IMG/VR virus record: IMGVR_UViG_3300030333_004442
Location: 1-55,561 of that record
DNA length: 55,561 bases
Direction: 5' to 3' (one strand)
Source: a virus
Taxonomy: Duplodnaviria; Caudoviricetes
Part shown: piece after piece, positions 49,346 to 55,561 of the stretch
Layout of the letters: each line of letters begins with the position of its first letter
How positions within the stretch are numbered: the stretch's first letter is position 1
Made by a program: the position numbers and the translations under genes
Notes under the pieces: generated by a model
What the model was told of the DNA's origin: nothing
The model's database searches: none
The model's input: only the letters and a program-made list of their open reading frames with translations

Positions 49346-52300
49346 TTAATCCTCGTCCTTTAACACCACAGTAATGGGCTTGAACTCTGGGATGGTGTCG
49401 GAGTCCTTGAGTTTGAGTGTGATGGTTGCTCCCGACAAATCAATGCCTTCGCTACCATCTGGCGCTGACCAGTCAACAGCACCTCCGTCAATAAAGCTGT
49501 CGGGGAGCGAGAAATTAGACACATTTTGCTGAACCCATGCATTGCTCAAGTCGTATGAAAGGGTTCCTTGTTGGGCATCCCATTCACTTGAGCCATCCGT
49601 AGAGTCTTCTTCGCATGTGTCGGGTGGAGTAAGGGACACAGGTTGACCCACCCCAAGCGCACTCAATTGGCTATTGGTTTCATCTGCTTGGTCACCATCT
49701 CCGTCTTTTGTTCGCTTAAACAAGCCAAGCCCAAGGGCGTGATAGATAATAGAAACGGGACCAAGTATCGGACCAATTGGAGCGAAGGGGAAGATGTTTG
49801 CTGGGAGAATCATAAATGACCATGCCAGAGTATTGATGTTCACACCGCCCATCTTAGAAACCATCATCAGCTTATGTGCCAACGAAATATTCGGGTCATG
49901 CTTCTCAGCCCATCGCTTGAACATCTTCTGTAAAGCCTCTGCTGTTGCTTTCGCCAACAATTCTAATCCAAGTCCCTTGACCGGCTGACCCCATCCCACG
50001 GGCATGTTATAATTCCATGAGCTATCACCTACTGGCATATCCTTTAGACCAAACTCATTCTGCATCATCTTTTCTAATCCTGCAAGCCCGCCCACTGCTT
50101 CTAACGCTGGGTCTTTCTGCTTGTAATCTCCCTTAGAATTGATAGCAAAGAAAACTGTGCGGAGCCTATCTTTTGTATCTGTCATCGCGGTTGCAACTTC
50201 TTGTTTTGATGAAGTAGCTTGAAAACAATAGAGAGATAAGATGCTCTGCATTCTTGATATTGGAAAAATGTACTTAATAAAAGCTTTCCACTCATCCGAG
50301 GCTAACATTGATGCCTGCAAGTCTGTGACGGATACTGATGCGGGGGAGTCCTCAAAGGAAACATCTGGACCTATAAATCCAATAGGGCTCATCGAAAAAT
50401 TATAATCAAGGATGGGAACCGGATTTGTCTCTTTGATAAGGTATGCCTTAGCCACACCCGTTCCGCTCTGCCACCCGGTCCCTGCGGAATTCGCCGTTCC
50501 AAACTTCAAGGTGCTAGACGACCTCACCGTTTCTAAAACTTTAAATGCCTTTGTTTTTATCGCTGTTTCCTTTGTCAGCCCCAACCGTACTGTCTCCCCT
50601 GAGCCGTCAGGTGTTGCGCTGGCTCCGGTCACCATATTGAAATCACCGTTAGCGGCAGTGTTAAAAGCCTCGTCCATTGAATAGCTCATAGACGCTTCCC
50701 ACGCTGCATCAAATTTTTCAGCATCGGTCGGGTCAAAATCTGCAAAGGCTCCAGCACTAGCACCGACGGAGGCATCAGTCTGTGATAGAGTCACCGGAAT
50801 AAGATTAGTCTCTGTTGTGGGGGGCAGATACATAATCCTCATTCCACGCTTGACTGCTCGGACTGCGCTTTTGACCTCGCCACCGTCGATATCTATAGTC
50901 ATGCCCGACATGCCATTCATTGTAACATCTTCCGGCAAGTCATTGTCAAGTGCCGCATAATCTTCATCACTCACTACGCCGTAGTAGCGATAATAACTTG
51001 CATCGGAATCATCACTATAGGCGTGCCCCCTTCCGCTCCACTTTTCAGTCTCTCCCATTGAGTCATCCCACCAAGACGGCTTTGTGTCCCAGTCTTCAAG
51101 TAAATAATAATACTCCACATAAAGATTGCCATTGGACCAATCAATGTCTGATAATTGGCGACCGTCAACGCTTGTAGTTGTCTCCGACCCAGAAAGACGG
51201 TCTGCATAATCGGAGGTATCATCAGCGAAACCCTCCGTTCTTAATGAAAGTGATGACGCATTACTGGCGTAAGTTACAACCGTTTCATCACCCAGAGTCA
51301 CCGTGCTGCCGCCTTCAGCAGCGCCCTTATGTGACTTCGATAAGTCAGCGCCACCTTTCATAAAAAATTTGTTTCCCATCTTCCCATAATCAGCGATTGA
51401 AATCTCTGGCAAATAATCATTGAGAAACATTTCTTCAATATCTGTTGTGTCAGAAGCCGCAACAAGATTTTCCATTTGGGTCATGACTGTCGAATAGGCT
51501 TTTTCAATTTGTTGACCAACAGCCATTACTTCAGATACTTCACCACCGGGCACTTCGGGGTCTTGTATTTCCACATCGTCTGGCTTCTCATACATTCTCA
51601 CGCATTCTGCGATGAAGTCATCCATATATGTTCCATGTGGTCGCGCTGCCTTACGTTCACCAGTCGGCATCGTAACATAATTCGGCATATCATATGCCGC
51701 CATGTCAGCCAAAATAAACCCCGCAACGTGATTGATGTAAGCCTCGTCTGGTTCATCTGGCATTTTAAAAATAGAATTTGAAAAGAGCCCTCTAAGATAA
51801 TGGTCAGCCATGTAGGTCTGGACAATGGTTTCAACGGCGACCTTCATCAATTCCTTTTCAGTGTCAGATAAATCTGCTGCTGGCGAGCCATCTGTGGGTC
51901 TGCTAAAATCAACGCACTGATTGTTTTTAATATTTTCCTTCATGCACTTCTTTTTTTGTTGCAAGCCGAGAGGGTGCGGGCTAACCCCGTCAACCTGTTG
52001 TTGGGCTGTGGGCTCTGGGTCAAGCTCAAGGAATTCCACAACTGGTGTGGAAGAATTCGTTCCGCTTCTTCCAGAGGCAGATGAAGAAGTGATGTTCTGA
52101 AAATAAGGACCAGCAGCAATTCGATTAGCAATGTATGCAAATATATCGCGGCTCAATTCACTGTAGTACCCATCAGTGCTGGCACATGCGGCATACACAA
52201 GGTGAACGTGGGATATGGAGGCTCCCGCATCCATCCAACGATTGTAGACCAAGCTCGCAAACCGCTGTTGCGGTGCGGAAGCACTAGCGTCGGTTTCGTA

Positions 52301-55300
52301 CACTTGGTCATGCAGTTCAAACTCGTCGCTCTCAAGAACACCAAGGACAGCCTCGTCTGGTGAAGTCGTAGATACGGCTCTATACACAACCCGCTCAGAA
52401 GATACACCGTTTAGTGTTAGTGTCTCTGTAACAACCATTAAAAACGTATTAATGTTCGTACCATCTTGAACCTCGCTGATGAATAGCTTTGGTAAAATAT
52501 AAAAAAGTTTCCAAGTGGGCGTTGCACTTGACATTTGATTCATAAGGTTGTTGATTTTGGTTCTGGTGTCTGCATCTATATCTGCATCGCCTACTCCGCT
52601 CAAGGCAGAAGAAATTTCAGCAATATCGTTCTCGCCCATCCTTGGCAATACCAACTCGACACCATAGCCGCCGTTATCAAACGGGAAGTCATCAGCGATG
52701 CCTTCGACATTCACCGGCTCAAATAAAATACTATCCGCTGCAAAATCCTTAAACACCAGAGAGTCGTTTGTCTCCATTTGCTTTAAAGCTTGGTGGAGTG
52801 GGGGAAGTGCTTTTCTCACTTTCTTGTTTCGTGCAACGTAGGCGTCCTTGCTCGTATAATCCACATCTGCATTATCTGCCCACTTGAAGAACATATCTTT
52901 ATCACCAAATTCCGCTTTGAGTTCTGGATTTAATATCGCCTTCTCCCAGTCGAACTTCTTCTCGTCGCCATCTCCGGTTTCGTCGGTGTTCATCCAAATA
53001 TAAGTGTTATCCGGCTCTTCTTTGTTTGTATCGCTGACATAAGTCTTCGGATACATTTTCATTTCTCTGCTATAGGAAATCTCAACCGGGACAAATAAAT
53101 TCTCACTGGCAGTGTCAACTGCAAAATCAATTGATTCGTGTTCCAGATTTACAAGCCCACCTTGCGTATCCATACCCGGCACATTATTGGCTGCTGCATT
53201 GTTTGGTGTTGCTGCATTCTTCGGGGTCGCGTTCTTTTGACAAGTGACTGGTGGTGGTTCATAATTATCCGACAAGGGACCATTGTTTACAATGTCAATA
53301 AGAACCTTGGCAGCGTTTACTTTTCTTTGTTTGAGATTATCGAGAATGGCATCAATCTGGTCATCTGTAATATCATCACCCTTGTTGCGAAGCATCTCTT
53401 TTCTCAAGTCGCGCATATCGCCAGATGAACACATAACATCACCCAAGATTGGACCTTGGGAAGTCGTCAGCGGAGTCTCGATAATCCGACAAATAGACGG
53501 GTCAATCAAGCCACCAAATGCCTTGAAGAAATCAGAAGTTTTTGTTCTGGTGGACAGCCCCATATCGGGATATCTCTTGGCAATAAAGTTTCTCGCGAGT
53601 AGCACAACCTTGGAGGATGCCTTGCCATTAATCAGTGAACAAAGCTCCATTGGCGTGAACATTAAAGAAACATCGTCAAGCATCGCGGTCATCTCACGCC
53701 GTACCTCTGGCGTGACCGCTGCGCGGGCTGCTTCTGAATTTGGATTTCGTCGGGCTGCTGCTGCGCCTGCACCGGACAAGCCCGTGCCCAATGCCGCCAT
53801 CAAGCCTGCCAACGGGTCAGCAAGTCCAGTATTATTCGGGCTACTATCAAGCATATCATTGAGGTTTTCTTTACCAGCTTGCGTCGGGTTTTCGCCGCAG
53901 TTCTCAAGCATCTGTTCTAAGACTGCCTTGACCATCGCAACAAATAATTCTTGAAGAAACATTGTCAATGCGTCTTCAATCATCTCAGACATAGAGCCCA
54001 TAATATCTTCAGTGGGCAAATTGTCTGCTAATGTGATAGCAAGGTCTGCAATAAGTTTTGGTGCGCCTTGTTCAAACGGATTTTCCCCAACACTCAAGCT
54101 GCCTGCCATATCTTCAAGCTTACCCATCGCAGCGTCAAACTCTTGAGTGAATTCTGTGGACAAGCCTTCGATACTCTCCATATCAACACCCAAGCTGTCA
54201 ATACCCAAGTTTTCAAGCTCACCGACAACCCCATCAAGCCCCAACTCTTCAAACTTGCCTTTTAGCCCAGCCAAGTCCGCACCACTCAAACCGAGAGCGT
54301 CCATATCCAAGTTCGCCAACCCTAAGTCGCTCATGTTGATTCCATCAAGCCCAAGCTCACCAATGTTGAACGAATCCAAGCCGAGGGAGCCTAAGCTGAA
54401 GTCATCTAATCCAAGAGAGCCGATGGTGGTGTCGCAGCCACAACCAACCACAGGCAGGGCATCCAAATTCAAATCAAGCTCGCCCACATTGTAACCAGAT
54501 AAGTTTATTTTAGCCATGCCAACATCATCAAGCTCAAAGCCTTCCTCACCGATGATGGCATTCTCTTTTCCCAATTCCGCGAACGTGAGATGAGACGAAT
54601 CAAGGGTTGACAAATCATGCCCCATGCTTTCAACATCGAGATTGTTCAAGCCCAAGTCTTCTATATCCAACCCAACATTGGAAATCCTAACGTCCGACCA
54701 TCCAATATCAGCAATCGAAAGAGAGCTAAGGTCTAAATCCAAATCACCGACTGTCAGCACCCCGAAGTCAAGGTCAGCAAAGCTCTTATCAAATATTCCA
54801 ATTGAATCAAGGTTTACTCCAAGCTCGCCAATTGTTTTATTAGCAATGCCCGCCATGTCACAGACACCGATATCTCCAATGCCAAGAGAACCAAGAGTAA
54901 AGTCGCTGATACCCAAGTCTGCTATGCTCATGCTGCCCAGACCCAAATCTCCGAAGCTAACATCGCCAAGCCCGAGACTATCAACACTCATTGAACCCAT
55001 GTTTGCAAGCTCCATGTTTGTATTCATTCCCGGTATTGATGGGTTCGACCAATCATAGTCAACACCTACGTCGGGAATGTCTCCAACCCCGATGCCCGAA
55101 CCTAAATCGACACCATCCAAGCCTCCAGAAATATCTGAAGAAATATCTGAAATAGAAGATAGCTCAGGGGCGATAGCCGATAAGCATTGTTGAATAAGGT
55201 CAGCAATACTAATCTTATCCAAGACCTCACCAAAGGCATCATCAACTGTACTAATCTTATCCAAGGTCTTTTGTAAGCCTTCACAAGATGCCACGGCTGC

Positions 55301-55561
55301 CCCTACAAATTCATGAGCGTCTTTTCTAGCCTCATACAACTTTGATTTAAAATCTGGGTCGCCCAGCTTCCGGTCTTCCAGCAGTTTCTCTGGGTATGTC
55401 TTAATTGGCAATTCATCAGACTTCTTCGCTTCTGCTGAAGCCGGGTCTTCCACATCTGTTATGTCACCGGGAGAATCTTCGCCGGGTGCGCCGGGAATAA
55501 TTGTTGGAGCATCTGGTAATGTAAATGCTTTAACAAATTCTACCCAAGGTCTGTCCGCGTA
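49346..55561 (-). CDS. Very large acidic protein (partial, >2070 aa; starts beyond the right edge)
   Basis: The frame stays open from 55453 to 55561 (YADRPWVEFVKAFTLPDAP...), so the track's GTG start is not the true start. It lies upstream of gp25 and is probably virion-associated. Confidence 0.8.
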   Translation of the reverse strand, partial: YADRPWVEFVKAFTLPDAPTIIPGAPGEDSPGDITDVEDPASAEAKKSDELPIKTYPEKLLEDRKLGDPDFKSKLYEARKDAHEFVGAAVASCEGLQKTLDKISTVDDAFGEVLDKISIADLIQQCLSAIAPELSSISDISSDISGGLDGVDLGSGIGVGDIPDVGVDYDWSNPSIPGMNTNMELANMGSMSVDSLGLGDVSFGDLGLGSMSIADLGISDFTLGSLGIGDIGVCDMAGIANKTIGELGVNLDSIGIFDKSFADLDFGVLTVGDLDLDLSSLSIADIGWSDVRISNVGLDIEDLGLNNLDVESMGHDLSTLDSSHLTFAELGKENAIIGEEGFELDDVGMAKINLSGYNVGELDLNLDALPVVGCGCDTTIGSLGLDDFSLGSLGLDSFNIGELGLDGINMSDLGLANLDMDALGLSGADLAGLKGKFEELGLDGVVGELENLGIDSLGVDMESIEGLSTEFTQEFDAAMGKLEDMAGSLSVGENPFEQGAPKLIADLAITLADNLPTEDIMGSMSEMIEDALTMFLQELFVAMVKAVLEQMLENCGENPTQAGKENLNDMLDSSPNNTGLADPLAGLMAALGTGLSGAGAAAARRNPNSEAARAAVTPEVRREMTAMLDDVSLMFTPMELCSLINGKASSKVVLLARNFIAKRYPDMGLSTRTKTSDFFKAFGGLIDPSICRIIETPLTTSQGPILGDVMCSSGDMRDLRKEMLRNKGDDITDDQIDAILDNLKQRKVNAAKVLIDIVNNGPLSDNYEPPPVTCQKNATPKNAATPNNAAANNVPGMDTQGGLVNLEHESIDFAVDTASENLFVPVEISYSREMKMYPKTYVSDTNKEEPDNTYIWMNTDETGDGDEKKFDWEKAILNPELKAEFGDKDMFFKWADNADVDYTSKDAYVARNKKVRKALPPLHQALKQMETNDSLVFKDFAADSILFEPVNVEGIADDFPFDNGGYGVELVLPRMGENDIAEISSALSGVGDADIDADTRTKINNLMNQMSSATPTWKLFYILPKLFISEVQDGTNINTFLMVVTETLTLNGVSSERVVYRAVSTTSPDEAVLGVLESDEFELHDQVYETDASASAPQQRFASLVYNRWMDAGASISHVHLVYAACASTDGYYSELSRDIFAYIANRIAAGPYFQNITSSSASGRSGTNSSTPVVEFLELDPEPTAQQQVDGVSPHPLGLQQKKKCMKENIKNNQCVDFSRPTDGSPAADLSDTEKELMKVAVETIVQTYMADHYLRGLFSNSIFKMPDEPDEAYINHVAGFILADMAAYDMPNYVTMPTGERKAARPHGTYMDDFIAECVRMYEKPDDVEIQDPEVPGGEVSEVMAVGQQIEKAYSTVMTQMENLVAASDTTDIEEMFLNDYLPEISIADYGKMGNKFFMKGGADLSKSHKGAAEGGSTVTLGDETVVTYASNASSLSLRTEGFADDTSDYADRLSGSETTTSVDGRQLSDIDWSNGNLYVEYYYLLEDWDTKPSWWDDSMGETEKWSGRGHAYSDDSDASYYRYYGVVSDEDYAALDNDLPEDVTMNGMSGMTIDIDGGEVKSAVRAVKRGMRIMYLPPTTETNLIPVTLSQTDASVGASAGAFADFDPTDAEKFDAAWEASMSYSMDEAFNTAANGDFNMVTGASATPDGSGETVRLGLTKETAIKTKAFKVLETVRSSSTLKFGTANSAGTGWQSGTGVAKAYLIKETNPVPILDYNFSMSPIGFIGPDVSFEDSPASVSVTDLQASMLASDEWKAFIKYIFPISRMQSILSLYCFQATSSKQEVATAMTDTKDRLRTVFFAINSKGDYKQKDPALEAVGGLAGLEKMMQNEFGLKDMPVGDSSWNYNMPVGWGQPVKGLGLELLAKATAEALQKMFKRWAEKHDPNISLAHKLMMVSKMGGVNINTLAWSFMILPANIFPFAPIGPILGPVSIIYHALGLGLFKRTKDGDGDQADETNSQLSALGVGQPVSLTPPDTCEEDSTDGSSEWDAQQGTLSYDLSNAWVQQNVSNFSLPDSFIDGGAVDWSAPDGSEGIDLSGATITLKLKDSDTIPEFKPITVVLKDED
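54260..55000 (-). repeat. Degenerate Leu/Gly/Asp decapeptide protein repeat
   Basis: SMSVDSLGLG DVSFGDLGLG SMSIADLGIS DFTLGSLGIG ... DTTIGSLGLD DFSLGSLGLD SFNIGELGLD GINMSDLGLA. Confidence 0.85.

Noticed and set aside
776-55058. Numerous plus-strand ORFs of 60-223 aa in the track (e.g. 15510..16139, 16136..16801, 53283..53954)
   Set aside because: All lie antisense to long, motif-bearing minus-strand genes, lack recognisable motifs, and show the Ser/Pro/Ile-rich composition of shadow frames.
1-55561. Genome-wide stop-codon reassignment (code 15 or code 4)
   Set aside because: Very long ORFs are intact in the standard code, and TAG, TGA and TAA all terminate genes at sensible boundaries followed by new SD/start sites.

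Overview
A densely coding 55.6-kb segment of a large T4-related (myovirus-type) dsDNA phage genome. Every credible gene is on the minus strand, in the standard genetic code, with frequent TAATG/ATGA start-stop overlaps and strong Shine-Dalgarno sites. In transcription order (right to left) it holds: a partial >2070-aa acidic protein with Leu/Gly/Asp decapeptide repeats; gp25-like and gp6-like baseplate wedge proteins; a DNRLRE-like protein; a 5104-aa LamG-containing baseplate/adhesin protein; six further baseplate/tail-associated genes; a DNA block (RuvC-like resolvase, DnaG-type primase, fused SbcD-SbcC/Mre11-Rad50); a putative lysis trio; small head-associated proteins; large terminase; portal; prohead protease; a phage ribosomal protein bS21; and a partial repeat-rich fibre gene that the ORF track missed. 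No major capsid, sheath, tube, tRNA, CRISPR array, integrase or intein was recognised. The most notable signals are: (1) an unannotated 31-aa Cys-Cys peptide ORF whose UAG sits in a GC hairpin and is in frame with the next gene; (2) a holin RBS locked by an anti-SD hairpin that overlaps a recurring CTA(T/A)TTA motif resembling the reverse complement of the T4 late promoter; (3) a shared N-terminal 'MK(I/V)TK..(L/I).QII.EE' leader on unrelated head-module proteins; (4) a 116-aa domain duplicated and inserted in frame within virion proteins. All functional calls rest on motif recognition by eye; no database searches were run.
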